Below, piece by piece: positions 27,721 through 42,539 of a stretch of DNA of 64,000 nucleotides. Every line of letters begins with the position of its first letter. Position 1 is the stretch's first letter. The DNA is from Octopus vulgaris (taxonomy: Eukaryota), in the NCBI GenBank assembly GCA_951406725.2, contig OX597815.1, forward strand, positions 112,220,001 through 112,284,000. The letters run 5' to 3'. Made by a program: the position numbers and the translations under genes. A model generated the notes under the pieces. It saw only the letters and a list, made by a program, of their open reading frames with translations. It did not search any database and was not told where the DNA came from.

Positions 27721-27963
27721 AAGGTAAAGACACCCTTCGGTCATGAATGACAATGGGATTGCACGTAGAAAGTCCCCCTTCGAGGTACATGTCCGGGCAG
27801 GCTTATTTATGGAAAATCACCAGTCACTCTTACAATACAGCCTCCTCTCTTCTCGCTACCGATGTTATCCAAGGGAAAGGCAAAGGCCGATACAACTTGG
27901 CACCAGTGACGTCGCTACTCATTTCCACAGATGAGTGAACTGGAGCAACGCGAAATAAAGTGT
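27721..27963 (-). mobile_element. 5'-truncated SINE, family D (V-SINE-like centre, RTE-like tail)
   Basis: Minus strand ACACTTTATTTCGCGTTGCTCCAGTTCACTCA...GTCTTTACCTTT. The ACCTTT-type end resembles RTE-mobilised SINEs. Confidence 0.55.
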
Positions 27964-29426
27964 GCGCGTGTGTGTGTGTGTGTGGACTTATATATAATAG
28001 TCAGAGGCCCTTGTACGTAAGCAGTTCTAACATAATCTATCTAAGTGAGACTTTCACGTACATCAATTTAGAAGGTAGTTGATGCTATGACTGTATGTGT
28101 ATGCTTAAAACGAATTGGCAGAATGTGCTTGAAATATCCGGCAAAAATCAAAGATAGAAATTTTACAAGACAACCCATGCATCATCTTAATATTCCGGTA
28201 ACCAGTCAACTTGTTTATAGTTAGAGAATAAAAGAAAAGCAAACTTTTAACAACACATGTGGCAATTATTTACACCTTAAGTGGATGACATATATTGAAG
28301 CGACCAAACAGAACGCAATGGTTTTAGTATTTTATATATCTTAAAAAGTTAATCATATACAAAAGTTCAGAATGCTGTATTGCAGGAATATTAGTTGATA
28401 CTTGTGAATATGTGTCAGGAGTCATAATCTATGTAGATGAACACGAAACTGGTCTGTTCAGTTCGAGTGTAAGCGAAATACATAATCAGTAAGGGTGGTG
28501 CTTAACAATGGGAAATTAGACTCTGCTACTGATTATGTGTATGTGTATGTTTGTATGTGCGTGTCTGTCTGTGTGCACGCGCGCATGTGCGTGTGTGTCT
28601 GTGCGCGCGCGTCATCTATCTACTGGAAAGAACATATGGAATTCATTGAAAAATCCCATGTTTTTTATAGTTTTAGTGAGGAGAAAGAAAAGATAATTAT
28701 TGAAGCCAAGCAGAACAATGAATAAATTATTTTACATGGAATATATTCGGAAATATTCAAATTCAATTTTGTTGAGACAAAAACCAATTAATGATATTCA
28801 TTGATTTATTTCGCTAATGTAATTAAATCATATTTTCCTATATTTAACATACGGTTTTAACTCTGAAATTAATTACAACATTAATTAGGATTTCATGCTC
28901 AAATTGTATCAAACTATAAAACTTAGTTGGTCTTCTTAGAATTGCCATTTATTGTAACAGTTCAATACAATATTATCACACATAATATCGCACTTCTTGA
29001 ATTGTACAGGGACGAAAAGGTTGAATAGACAAAATTTCGAAATATATGCGTGTTTTAAATGTCAGCTTGGACCTTATTTTGGGAGTAGTGGAAATTAGTT
29101 TTATTAACTTACATTACCTCAGTTCCACTTGTCGGGAATAGGTGACAATCCGTCAGGGAATGCAACCTGTTAGAGACCCAACATAGATTTATAGATCCTC
29201 CACTTTGTTCCCGAAATTTCAACAGTTACGCGAAGCTTAATGAAACTTACATAAATTAAAAAAATACTGCGCAAGCATGCCTCTATATGCATGTATGGCA
29301 AGAAGCTTGCTTCTCATCACAGGGGTTCAGTCCTATCGTGTGTCACCTTCAGCAAGTGTCTTCTTCTATAGTCTTGGGTCAACCAAACCATGTGAGTGAA
29401 TTTGAGACGGAGATGGATGAAGCTCG

Positions 29427-29507
<81 letters not shown>

Positions 29508-29532
29508 TATATATATATGTATATATATATAT

Positions 29533-29684
29533 TCTTTCCTTGTTTTTTCTGTGTCCCTTTTCTGTAGAAGAGCGTAGGCTCTTCTACGTAAAATACTTTT
29601 TCTATTCCTGAGCGTTATACTAACACATCTGTTTGTTTTGTACACCACCTGTCTTCATCTTTTGTATTTTTCGTAAACTCTCCC

Positions 29685-29686
<2 letters not shown>
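29533..29686 (+). mobile_element. third copy of the variant-HHR cassette, GAAA box lost
   Basis: Matches 8238-8373 (inverted) and 23355-23530. Lies between two (TA)n tracts. Confidence 0.7.
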
Positions 29687-29752
<66 letters not shown>

Positions 29753-29961
29753 TGTAGTGTATGTATGTATGTATGTAATGTATGTATGTATGTGCGTATG
29801 TGTGGGTATGTTAATGCAAACATGTTAATGCAAAAATAGCACTCAAAATATGAGTATATGTATATTTTTACTGTTGTTTAGCAGGAGTTTGAGAGGTGAA
29901 ACGCACGAAACTCTCGGACCTTAAGACACTCTGTTACTTCTGAACAACATTAAATTATATA

Positions 29962-30170
29962 GTTTACTTGTTTCAGTCATATGACGCTGGAGCGCAACCT
30001 TGAATGGATTTTAAGTCGAAGAAATCGACCCCAGGACTTATTATTTAAGCCTCGTACTTATTCTATCGGTCTCTTTTACCGAATCGCTATGTTAAGGGGA
30101 CATGAACACACCAACATTGGTTGTCAACCGATAGTGCGGGATGCACACAAACACAAAGATACAAACACAT
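29962..30170 (-). mobile_element. family A SINE, 3' half
   Basis: TTTACTTGTTTCAGTCA...TACTTATTCTATCGGTCTCTTTT.CCGAA as in 16925-17130. Confidence 0.75.
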
Positions 30171-30475
30171 AAATGTGTGTGCGCGCGCGCGCACTTTCAA
30201 TATCGGCTCACTTAGATTTCCTTTATAAACCCTGTTTACTCTACCGACTGTGATATCAGCGTGTAAGTTCGTATAATTTGTGCGCTATTTTTTTATATTG
30301 GTATTATTTCGATCTCATCAGTTGATTATATATATCTACAGAGTATAAGATGTTTCTAAGCCATTTAAAACACACAAAAACCGTTAGATTCACTTCAACA
30401 TTGAAATTGAACTTTCCAAAATATTTTCTTCGCTTTGAGACCGCGACATATTCACTGACGAAATTCTGTGCTGCA

Positions 30476-30562
<87 letters not shown>

Positions 30563-31324
30563 GCACATATATAGAAGCATCTATGTGTAGAAATGTAACA
30601 TACGCACAGACATACTCGTACTTACACGCATACGCATACATAAAAAGGTGTGTTGGCCCTACAATTTCACTTACATCACGATTAATTCGGTCAATTCCAT
30701 CCTACTACCTCTGACATATCACTTCTACATTGTAGTAAGTAAACGCACAATAGCACGAAATATTGCACATATGTATTCCAATCAAAATGCTGAGATTTTA
30801 ACAATTTATACTTGATTTATCATTGCACTGTATCTTCACTATTGAGACAAATATCTTATTTTATATATTTAAAAATTTTCAAAACCATTGTGGACTTTAT
30901 ATATTAAATATTAACTTTACCCCTTGGCATAAGTATGCAATTCTACAGAGACAACCAAATATACGTGAAGAATTTAGAGATTTGAAAGTTTTATTGTTTT
31001 AATTCCATTACGTCCCTGGAGATGTTTCATTTCTTCTCCTTCAAAAAGGACTGTATTCAAGTATGTATTAGGAAGACGGTATCTGATAGATTAGTTACCT
31101 CGTGTATTAAATGAAATTAAAAGAGACATATCCGCCGGCAGGGAAAGAGAATTATTGAAAAGGGAATTAGTGGTAGGTTTTAGGAATTAAATAGTCATTC
31201 ACTTAAGTAAAAATGCTGATAGGGGTGATCATGCAATTACTATTATATCAAGCACCAGTGTTATCTTATCTCCTTAAAGGAGAATTTATGTAAACGTATG
31301 TTTTATTTATGTATATGCGTTTAT

Positions 31325-31393
<69 letters not shown>

Positions 31394-32134
31394 TGTGGAT
31401 GTAATTTCCTCGTAAGCGATTGTTATTAACAATCCAGATGCCGAATAACTATATCAAATACATTGAAGGTTCCTCAATAGATATGTATAGAGAGTCTGAT
31501 AAATTATAAAGTTAATTAAAGAAAATGGAGAAGAAAAAGTATAATAGACAATTGGTTCATTATATTTGTATAACAATGGAAAAGTAATACAAAGTACAAG
31601 TGACACAGATAAGAATAAAGATAACCCATTTATATCTTAAATAATACCAATATTATAATGTTTCTCTGAAATTACTCCTATAAAACATTATCGTTGTATA
31701 ATATAAATAGATTTTTCAGCCCTTCTTCCTTTACATTTCTCAAGATAAGTTCCATTTAACTTTAACTCATTCCATCCCTGTCCATCCATTCGCCTCCCCT
31801 ACATTGTTTTTTTATCAACAATTATTTGTCTATATTACAAATGTTTGCGATTCTTATAGAAAGATAATAGTAATTGAAAATGTAGCAATGTTTCATTCCG
31901 TAACCAGACGGACATATAGCAACATAACAGTTAAAACTCAGGATCTTTAGCGCGACACAACTTTATGTATGATTATACCTCATGAGACCTAGATTGCAAA
32001 TTAGATGCAATGTTCAATGTTCAACATGTTCAACGGAGTCCAACCAATACTGAACAGTAGAAAGATGGGTCGAAACGCCCGTTGTACAAAATAAAGATTA
32101 ATACCAAATCTATCTTATAGTTAAGAAATTATTA

Positions 32135-32181
<47 letters not shown>

Positions 32182-32184
<3 letters not shown>

Positions 32185-35100
32185 TAGTTTTCTTTTTATA
32201 GCGTGCTTTCACTTCACTACCGAGCGCAGCTCTGTGTGCCTTGGGTATGTGCTGTGATTTGTTGTAATGCTCTGATGGTTATTGTATGGAAAGTGTTCTG
32301 CGTAGGATGTGTGCAGTGCCTAGTAGTGCAATTTCTGTATGTTATATGTTTGTAAGTCCTGGTGTTTTTGTTATGTATTTGTCTGAATATTTTTTTATCA
32401 TGCCTAATGCACCTACTATCATAGGGATTGTTTCTGTTTTTAGATTCCACATTCTGGTTACCTCTATTTCCAGGTCTTTGTATTTTGAAAGTTTCTCCAT
32501 TTCTTTTAGAGGCACGTTGTCATCTGCCGGTATTGATACATCAATTAGAAAGCATTTTTTTCTTCATGATCTCTGACAACTATATCTGGTCTGTTGGCCT
32601 TAATTTCTCTATCTGTGTGTATTGGCATATCTCAGAGTATGGTCGCTTTCTCGTTATCTGTAACCTTTTCTGGTGTGTGCCTATACCATCTTTTTTCTGT
32701 TGTTATTCCATAATGTTGGCATAGCTTCCAGTGTATATAGGTCCCAACTCTGTCGTCTCTGTGAATATATTCCTTCTTACACAGGACTGGGCAGCCAGAG
32801 ATAATATGATTTATTGTTTCTTGTCCATCTCCACATATTCTGCAGTTACTTGTTATATTTCTTTTCATTACATGTTTTTGGTAATTTCTGGTAGGGAGGC
32901 TTTGGTCTTGTGCTGCAATTAAAAATCCCTCTGTCTCTGCTTTGAGTCCTGAGCTTCTCAACCATTGTTGCGATTTTTCTTTGTCTATTTCTTTTGCATT
33001 TAGTTTAGTCCAGTATTTACCATGAAGGGGCTTTTCTTGCCATCGTTTTATCACAGTTCTTTGCTGTTCTATTTTTAGTTTGGATTTCATTTGTTTTATA
33101 GCTTTTGTTGTTTCTTCATCTTCTTCTTATTCTTCTTCATATTTGTTAGGTGGTATGATTTCTTGTTTGTATTTGTCAGCTTCCTTAAATACTGAGAACA
33201 GTTCTTTGTTTTGCTCGTGTTTTGAAGCTATTTGTATCAGTTTTCCTTCCTTCTGAAGTAGATATTTTTGCAGTCCTATGGTGGTTATTTTATAGTAGTT
33301 TTCCAGCTGTATAAGGCCTCTACCACCTTCTATACGTTGTATATATAGTCTTTCTATGTCAGATTTTGGGTGATGCATCCTAGATCCTGTCATTATTTTT
33401 ATTGTTTTCCTATCTATTTTGGTCAGTTCATTTAGTGTCCAGTTAAGGATATCGTAGCTGTAACTTATAACTGGGGCAGCTAAAGTGTTAATACCTATTA
33501 TCTTGTTTTTAGCATTGAGCTCTGTTTTTAGTATTGATCTAACACGTCTATAATATTCTTTTTTATTTTCTCTTTCATTTGTGTGTGTTGTATCTTATCT
33601 AGTTCATGGATTCCTAAGTATTTGTAAGTTTGGCTTTGGTCTAATTCTTTTATTTCATTGGTTTTATCTAGTGTTTTGTTGCTACTCTTAACTAGTTTTC
33701 CTCTTTTCAGGGTTACTTTGGCGCATTTTTCTAATCCAAATTTCATATATATTTCTTTGGTAAATCCATGAACTGTCTTTAATAGTGTTTCTAGCTGTTT
33801 GTCATTTGCAGCGTATAGTTTTAGGTCATCCATATATAAAAGGTCGCTGATGGTTTTGCCGTAACATTTATATCCGCATCCAGTTCTATTTAGCATATCA
33901 GATAGAGGTGACAGTGCCAAGCAGAAAAGGAGTGGAGAGAGCGTGTCTCCCTGGAATATTCCTCTTCTAATGGAGATGGCTTTGGGTTTCATGAGTCCCT
34001 CTTTTGTTTGGAGATGTAGCACTGTTGGCCATTTATTCATAGAGTGTCCTATGGATTTTATAATTGTTGGTGCTACATTGTTAATGGCTAGTGTTTCGAG
34101 GATCCATGTTTGAGGGATGCTATCAAACGCCTATTTGTAGTCGATCCAGGCCATACTGAGGCCTTTCTTCTTTCTGTGGCTGTCTTCAGTTATGGCTTTA
34201 TTAATCATTAGTTGATCTTTACAGCCATATGAGCCTTTGCGGCATCCTTTCTGCTCTTCTGGAAACAGGTTGTTTTCGTCCAGGTGCTTGTTCAGCCTTT
34301 GCGATATCACTGCAGCAAATGCCTTCTACATTGTAGGGAGACAGGTTATTGGTCTGTAGTTTTCTGGTTTTGCTGTCTCATTTGATTTAGGAATTACGAT
34401 GGTTTTCCCTTCGTAAGCCATTGAGGGATTGTCTCTGGCTCTGCTAGTATGCTGTTAAAGTTTTCAGCCAGCTTTTTGTGCATTCCTGTTAGATATTCCA
34501 ACCAGAGGTTGGGGATCTTGTTATGCCCAGGTGCCTTCCAGTTGCTTAGTCTTTGCAGTGCCTGGGTGACCTCTTCAGTTGTTATGGGGGTCCAAATTTG
34601 CTCAGATGCTGAGTTTGTTGGTTTGATACATCTTTTTTTTGGTTGTTCGTTCGCCGACCATATTTTTCTCCAGAATTCTTCCACTTCTTCTGCCGTTGGT
34701 GCTGCAGTGACTTCTATTTTATTTTTGCCAAGTTCTTGGTAGAACTTTTTGTGGTTGGAGTTGAACTTTTTGTTTTGTTCAAAGAAGCGCTGGCGTTTCT
34801 CGTACCGGCGGATCCTTTGTGCTTTGGCAAGGATATCTTGCTTCAGCTTTTCTTTTATCTCAGGTAAATCTTTTTCTCTGATGTTATATTTGCGGAGTAT
34901 TTTTGTTTTCTTTTTGTTGCTCAGTAGCGTTGATTGTCTACTGATTTCATTAAGAATCGACAGATCTTTTCTCATTTTTTGTATTTTGTTTTGGATGTTA
35001 TTTATCCACAGGGTTTGTTTGGGTGGTGGTACTCCTGTTTGGATGGGTTTGATTGAGTATCCAGCTTCTTTTGTGGCTGCAGTGGCTGCTGCGTATACTA

Positions 35101-36295
35101 AGTCATTTAGCTTAGTGATATCGCTTTTTTTTTCAGTGGCTATTAGTTCAGTGACGGCTAGGTTTATGCTGTTTATAATTGGTGTTGTTGTTTCGTCTAT
35201 TTTGATTTTTGGGAGATATGGTCGGTGGCCCATTTTGAGCTTTGTGGTTTTCAATTCTTTGATTATTTTACTTTTTATATTATCATAATCATTAGGCTCC
35301 CCTTTGTTGTCTCTAAGTTTTAGATTTGTGTCGCTTTCTTTCTTAATTATATGTTTGTTTGCCGTGTTTTGGCTTGCTGTTTGTCGTGTATTATTATGCA
35401 TCCTTACGGTCTGGGTTTGTTGTTTTTTATTTATATCGTGTTTGTTGGGAATGTTACGTTTGTTTTCGTGTTTTACTGTTTCAGTGTTTATATTAATGGG
35501 CATCGTTGTGTGGCTTCTATCTACATTTTCCTGGTGTATTTTTTCTTTTAAATGTTCTATTTCAATCTCTGATATTTTGTTTTGCTTTGAGGATGTATCT
35601 TCGTACGTTAGCTATTTTATTAGGGTTCATTGCTGTATCCAAGTCTATATTTATGTTATATTCCTTCCATATTTTATATGTATTTGTTGTTGTGTTTACA
35701 TATTTGGGGTAGAGCACTGCTGTGAAATATGCGTGTAGGATAGAAATGTATTCCTCACGTGTCCCTTTATGTATTTTGGGTTTTATCTGCGGGACATGAG
35801 GAACAACGTCCGGCCCATTATTTTGACGGTCGTCATTTTCGTAGGGTACCGGTCCGTTCATTTCTGTTGTCACATTGTTTTGCACGTGTAGTTTTTCGTA
35901 CATTTTGTGTTGTAAGTTTAAGGTACGTACCTCCCGATTGTTATTCTTGGGTTGAATAATATGGGTGGTATTTAATTTCTTCGTAGTTCCTTTGTACATG
36001 GTGTTTGGGGTCGGGGATTATCTGGTGCTGATTGATCGTAATGATCCACGCATGTTTACATGTGTCGTGTTAGAGTTGGAGATGATATCGGGTCAAAATA
36101 CATCATTTAGTTTCGAAAATAGTAATAAATGTTAATGAGCATTACTTACTCGGGCACAGTCCAATCCTTTGTTAGTAAATCTTTGGTTTCATACGATGTC
36201 CTTGTTTTCGATGTTTGTGGATAGATTTCAGAGCTCTGTTGTATCGTTCTTACATCTTAAACGTCCCCCGGTGTTCTCTTAAACGTCCCCCGGTG

Positions 36296-36296
<1 letters not shown>
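32182..36296 (-). mobile_element. near full-length R4/Dong-like non-LTR retrotransposon in (TAA)n
   Basis: Frameshifted single ORF: NWKAPG, IFQGDTLSPLLFCLAL, LYMDDLKLY, GGRGLI, AAQDQSL, CRICGDGQETINHIISGC, then the RLE region. Flanked by (TTA)n at 32130-32181 and 36297-36455, the known Dong target type. Confidence 0.92.
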
Positions 36297-36393
<97 letters not shown>

Positions 36394-36400
36394 AATTATA

Positions 36401-36456
<56 letters not shown>

Positions 36457-36632
36457 CTCAACTAACACTGCAGAGTTCCTGAAGTAGATCCAAAGGTAAT
36501 ATACCCCGACTGCGGATGACACCAGGTAGCCCAAACTGTGCCAGTACTCTACTAAACTTTTCAATACACTAATCGACATGTAACCCATGAGTCCAAAATA
36601 TAAAATAAGTATATAAATTTATATATATGCAT

Positions 36633-37008
36633 TAAGGTACATTTGTGGTTGTGTGCTAAGAAACTTGCTTCCCAAGTACATGGTTCCATTGTGTGGCACC
36701 TTGGGAAAATGTCTTGTAATCTAGCCTCGGGCCGCCCAAATCCTTGTGGGAGGATTTGTTAGACAAAAAGTGAAAAAGCTCGTTGTATATGTGTATGTGT
36801 ATGTGCCTGTGTGTGTGATTATGTGTTTGTCCCCCCATCAGCGCTTGACATCCAGTGATGGATGTTAATATCCCCGTAACATAGCGGTTCAGCAAAACAT
36901 ATGATAGAAAAACAACTAGGCTTTAAAAATAAGTCCCGGGGTCGACTAAAATCCCTTAAGGCTGTGCCCCTGCATGGCCTCAGTAAAATGGGTGAAACAA
37001 GTAAAAGA

Positions 37009-37010
<2 letters not shown>
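36633..37010 (+). mobile_element. family A SINE, diverged full length
   Basis: GTGGCACCTTGGGAAA..AGCCTCGGGCCG..CCCCGTAAC.TAGCGGTTC..GAAACAAGTAAAAGA. Confidence 0.8.
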
Positions 37011-37072
<62 letters not shown>

Positions 37073-37336
37073 GAAATGAAGAAAGTGCTGACAAAATAAT
37101 TTAAGTAAGGAGAGTGTATTTAATTAGGTGAAAGTTCTTTTTACCGGTTGCGCATTTGTTATGCTTATCAAAAGATAGAGTTCCTTTCTGATTGATTTTT
37201 AAGAGAAAAAAATCAATCAGAAAGGAACTCTATCTTTTGATAAGCATAACAAATGCGCAACCGGTAAAAAGAACTTTCACCTAATTAAATACACTCTCCC
37301 TTACTTAAATTATTTTGTCAGCATTTTCTTCATTTC
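37073..37336. repeat. near-perfect fold-back palindrome, ~128-bp arms
   Basis: Arms 37073-37200 and 37208-37336 are reverse complements with few differences. (TA)n lies on both sides. Confidence 0.93.
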
Positions 37337-37374
37337 GTTTTTTTATATATCACAACTCGTGTTCCACATCTCCT

Positions 37375-37436
<62 letters not shown>

Positions 37437-40089
37437 GTACATATATATGCATGTATAGATAGATCGATAGAATATTTACATGCTTATGGGTATATGTGTG
37501 TGTAATGATGTGTAATACGGAGGGGACCAAAGAGATGGTGACGATTTAAAATGGAAATACCTACACATTTCTTTGCCGAAACAGACCATTCAGAATAATT
37601 CCAGATAATTGAACTGATATATTCACCGATCCATACATAGTTAAACACTTGTTCAGCAGATACGTTTTCTGCTGAATGGCTCTAAAACAGCATTTAAAAA
37701 GTGAAAATACAGGGCATTTGTAAGTAAAGTGTGAATTGTTCAAAATCTTAGCATTTTGATCGTAATATATACATGCAATATATCTTGATATCGTGCTTTT
37801 GAGTACTACAATATAGGAGAGATATGTAATAGCATCGACTTAATCGTAGTGTATGTGGAAGTGTAAAGACGATATATGTTTCTATATGTGCGCATATGTT
37901 AGTATGTGTATGTTAGGCGTATTGGAAGCGGACATTTTTTCCTTTAATTTTCTTTTTAAGGTTCTTCTCTGTGCATATAAATAAAACATACCACTACGTA
38001 CCAATGAAATATGTACCTTATCTGCTTCTATGGATCTGCATATGCAGACACGTGTGTACGCGTGACCGCTGGATTATGTGGTAAATTTCATTTAAACCCT
38101 ATGGTACCAATTTATGGGTGACTACTATAAAGTGGCAGACAAGATTACAAGCTACCAAGGCAGAAGCGCTTTACAAGACTATAATTTATTCATTGTGTAA
38201 AAACAAGGCTAAATAATTCATATAATTATCATCTTAAGCCAATATTTTAGGTTGTGTTTCAGACCATGTTGCAATTTGGTTCAACAAGTATTTTAAGTAT
38301 TCAGATACTTGATCAATATTCTTGAGAAACTGCGATTTGTTGAACATTGATAGTCAACCAGAAAAGTTATTACCAAACGAAAATCGCTCAAATCAAATAT
38401 TAATTAGATCAGAGCAAGAAAATCTCCTACATACTTAGTGAATAGTCTGTGTCCATACGAATAAGTTGGTGGCCCCTTGACCCTGTATAAATTTCTTCTG
38501 CATAATATACTTTCTACCATCGCAACAGTTATATATAATATGTGTGAGCGTATGTGCGTGTGAGTGTGTGTGTGTATCAATGATAGTAAACTTTTCTTCG
38601 CAGAGTGTAGTTCTGATCTACGGTGGTCACGGGCTCGGCACGCTTTTGTTTTGTTACACTTCTCAACAATCATTAAACAAGTATGTAATGCATTATTTCC
38701 TTTATTGTGTCTTCTGGGTAACTTTACGTCTGTTACCTATTTCTCTCGTGGTTCCAACCTTACTGAAGTGTTTCATCGGACTGTCTTTCCTAATCTGTAG
38801 TAAATAATAAAACAAATTGTTATAATAGTCACCTCCGGTATGTCATGTTATCTACATGGTTAGTTCATATCCAAAACACATCAGATGACGTAACGCATTG
38901 TAGAATGTTTTCAATATGATAGTCATTGACTATTCCATAAATGTTATCAATATTAGAAACTTAAACGAATACACTTATTTAAGAATTCTATAATTGAGGA
39001 ATCCATATTGAAATATATTTAAATCAAAGAATTCATAGACTTCTACAATGGGTAATATTCTGAGGAAATTTACAATTAAATATCACAGCTAAAGAACTGA
39101 AATCGCAACAATACTTTCCGATGTCATTACCAGATACGAGCATAACGTGTATGTAAAAATTTCTTAAATACATAATTTATATACACATTCAGACCAGCCT
39201 ATATACATATAAACGCACACCGACATACACCCATATATATATATATATATAAATACATTATACATTTCTTAATAAAATATTCTATAATAAAATATAATAA
39301 AGTATGTACAATCCGACTGACATTTCACTAAGAATTTATTTCTAATGGGGAACCAAACAGAGCAAGACAATTAGCGAAATGTTAAATCTATGCATTTCTT
39401 TCCTTTGATATAATAGATATGAATAGGTTTTCTTTGATTTACGTTTATATTTATGTCTACTCATTATTTTCTGCTCTTCCTCATAAAACTTTTATGATTT
39501 GGTATTAAACTTTCAAAATATATTACAGGCAAGAACCGATAACCATTTCGGCCCAATAACACGCACAAAGAGAAGTGAAATAAAAGTTTCTGTCATCCAT
39601 TTTTAGAACGAGATACGTTAATTGTTTTGCTGCTACTATTCTTTCAATATTTCTATTATCGTTCTTGCTTTTTATCTGCTTGTTGGACATCGTTTGCAGC
39701 TGACCTCTGAGCAAAAGTATTAGGGAAGTGACTTGCACGTCATTTCTTTCCTTTTACGTAGGTGTATGTATAACGAAATTTCGAATGATGATAGCGAGTG
39801 AGATTAGATATGTTTATACTTCTATTAAACCAACGGCCGCATACAAAGTAGTTATTATTAAAATTGTTCTAAAGAGTGTTAGAAATACCCACCACCCATC
39901 CAGCACACACACACACGCAACACACACATGCATTCACAGATATACATACACACGCACATACGCATATAAACACTTATATTCATGTGTATATGTGCGTGGC
40001 ATATGCGGGTGCTTGGGCCATTAGTTGTATATGCATACATATATAAATATATATGTGAGTGTGTGTGTACACCCAGCACGCTCACACAA

Positions 40090-40180
<91 letters not shown>

Positions 40181-40199
40181 ATTATTTTTTTTTATTAAT

Positions 40200-41790
40200 G
40201 ATAATAATAATATGACAACAAAAGAATGAATGAAAGCTCGATATTATGTAAATAGAGGAATTTATCTATAATATATGTGACAAATTAGTAGGGTGCCATA
40301 ATAAAACTCAGAGTTTCGGATACCGGGGCGGAAGACTGCTCCGTCATCTCGTCAGTTATTAAGACAAACGAAGATGCTATGAAAATGAACGTTAAATAAA
40401 GGGAAACTATCCGAAAAAGGAGAAAGCAAAATTACTTGAAGAATGTAAACCCACGCTCATAGAAAATCCGCATATGCGCGCATCTACATACATACACATG
40501 TGCGCAACAGACCCTCGTGCATGTGCCTATATACATATACTCACTTACACTTGCGTGATACACATACCTGCACACCCACACACACACACACCAATATGTA
40601 TACATATACATACATCCATACACATGTACACATATACATACACGCATACACGCACACAGCCACACGCATATATACCCATATACGCACACATACGTCTCTA
40701 TACGCACATGCACAAGTATGCATGGTGAAAGGTCATGTACAGAAAAAATATGTAAAAAAGCAATAAAACTATTTAAAAAAATTTATATGAATATTTTAAA
40801 ATGTATATAAATATATATGTAAGAAATGAAACGCTTGTACACAATATGAAATGCAGATTCTATCTGTGGTCTTGGTGGGGAATACCAAAAACGTAACAAA
40901 TATTTAGGCATAAGTGGACATGATCCCAAAATTTCAGTTCTTTAATTTAGACATGTAGCTGGGTCTAAGCTGCTTTTCCAGATCAGCCACCTTTCCACAT
41001 CACAAAAATCGTACCTTCCACTTGCCGAATATGAGGAACATATTTTCCTTTCTTTGTTTTTCAGTTATTATATAAATTATTCACTCAGAGCTACGGATGA
41101 CCGATGGTGGACGCTTTTTCACCTAATTTTCGTGCGATACCTTCAAATGACAAAAATAGACCTCTGCGACAATCGCTTCTTTTTAGTTTAACGCTCATTG
41201 ATGACATCTTTCATATCTTAGCAAACAAAGATCATAATTTATTCGAGTATTGATGTTATATGTTTTCATTTTCTTTGTTATGAGGAACTACACGTCGTCG
41301 TCTTAGTTGGATAAAATTATAGAGAATCCACGTTTCATTATTTTTGATAATTTTAACCAGGGAAGGTTTGGCAGCAAGTTTACCCGTTGATGATACCCAG
41401 CGGGCAACACTTTGATTAAGTTGAGAAGTGGTCAGGTGATGATGGATCAACTAACTTTAATTATGTTTAGACACCTTTCTCAGTTCATGAAGGTATTTTA
41501 TGATCAAAGTGTGAAGTTACACTGACAGACCTTTCTCAAGCAGATCCAAGTGTACCTGCAGGAGAAAAGTATTTGTAGAAAAACAACCGAAATGATTGTT
41601 TGTATGTCCAGACATTTTAAGCTTCATTTCAATAGACAAAATGAAAATTATTTCCTGCTGTTTCCATTGTTGATGCAGTGCCTGATATAGGTCTGATATA
41701 AGCTCATTCTAAAAGGGAAATCGATACAAATCTCAGCTCGATAGTGCAAATCAATGTGCAAATAATGAAAACAATATTAGAACGTAAAAT
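40200..41790 (-). mobile_element. degraded Naiad-type PLE 3' part with HHR
   Basis: Minus translation near 40870-41020 gives RYDFCDVERWLIW..CLN*RTEILGSCPLMPKY (Naiad EN C-terminal pattern), with an HHR downstream at 40299-40361. The upstream boundary is uncertain. Confidence 0.55.
40299..40361 (-). ncRNA. type-I hammerhead ribozyme
   Basis: TAATAA-CTGACGA-GATGACGGAGCAGTCTTCCGCCCCGGTATCC-GAAA-CTCTGAG-TT-TTATTA. 6-bp stem I, quasi-palindromic stem III, GUU triplet. Confidence 0.72.
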
Positions 41791-41860
41791 GTAATAATTG
41801 TTTTTGTATGTCAAAATGGAACAGGACAGTTTCTTCCAATATACTATATATATATATATA

Positions 41861-41958
<98 letters not shown>

Positions 41959-42149
41959 GTATTTATTTATTTATCTAATCCGATTTCATGTCTAATGAAT
42001 ATGCAAATTTTTATCATGTTTCATATATATACCAGTTAGTAGACAAACGAAAGACACACACACACACTTTCATACAACCGATTATATACCTACATCCATG
42101 CATTCAAACATGTAGAGTATACACACACTCACACACACGCGCGCGAGGA

Positions 42150-42440
42150 AGCACACTGTCCGGCCTTCAATTTCCCGACTCCTGAACATTTAGACTCCAC
42201 CGACTTCCTGTCTAGCCATGCGTTCCAAAGAATTTCTCTTTCTTACGGAACTGCTATCGCTGAATCGTCGATCTTCCTCTGGCAACACCGTGTGACCCAA
42301 CTTGACGAATCGCACCCCATTTCCCAGCGGCCATCATGGATTTCCTCTGACTCTTCAATCTCTGGCCACTGCCTGAACGAGCTACTCTCCATAAGAAGCC
42401 TAAGAACCTTTAAGTCGCATGAAGCTGAATCAAGCAGTCT

Positions 42441-42521
<81 letters not shown>

Positions 42522-42525
42522 GTAA
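42150..42525 (+). mobile_element. possible CR1/L2-type LINE 3' end with (AAT)n tail
   Basis: GC-richer segment with weak RVT...HP, LW.LP and LRTFKS pattern, ending in (AAT)n. Confidence 0.35.
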
Positions 42526-42539
42526 TCATAATGTTAATG

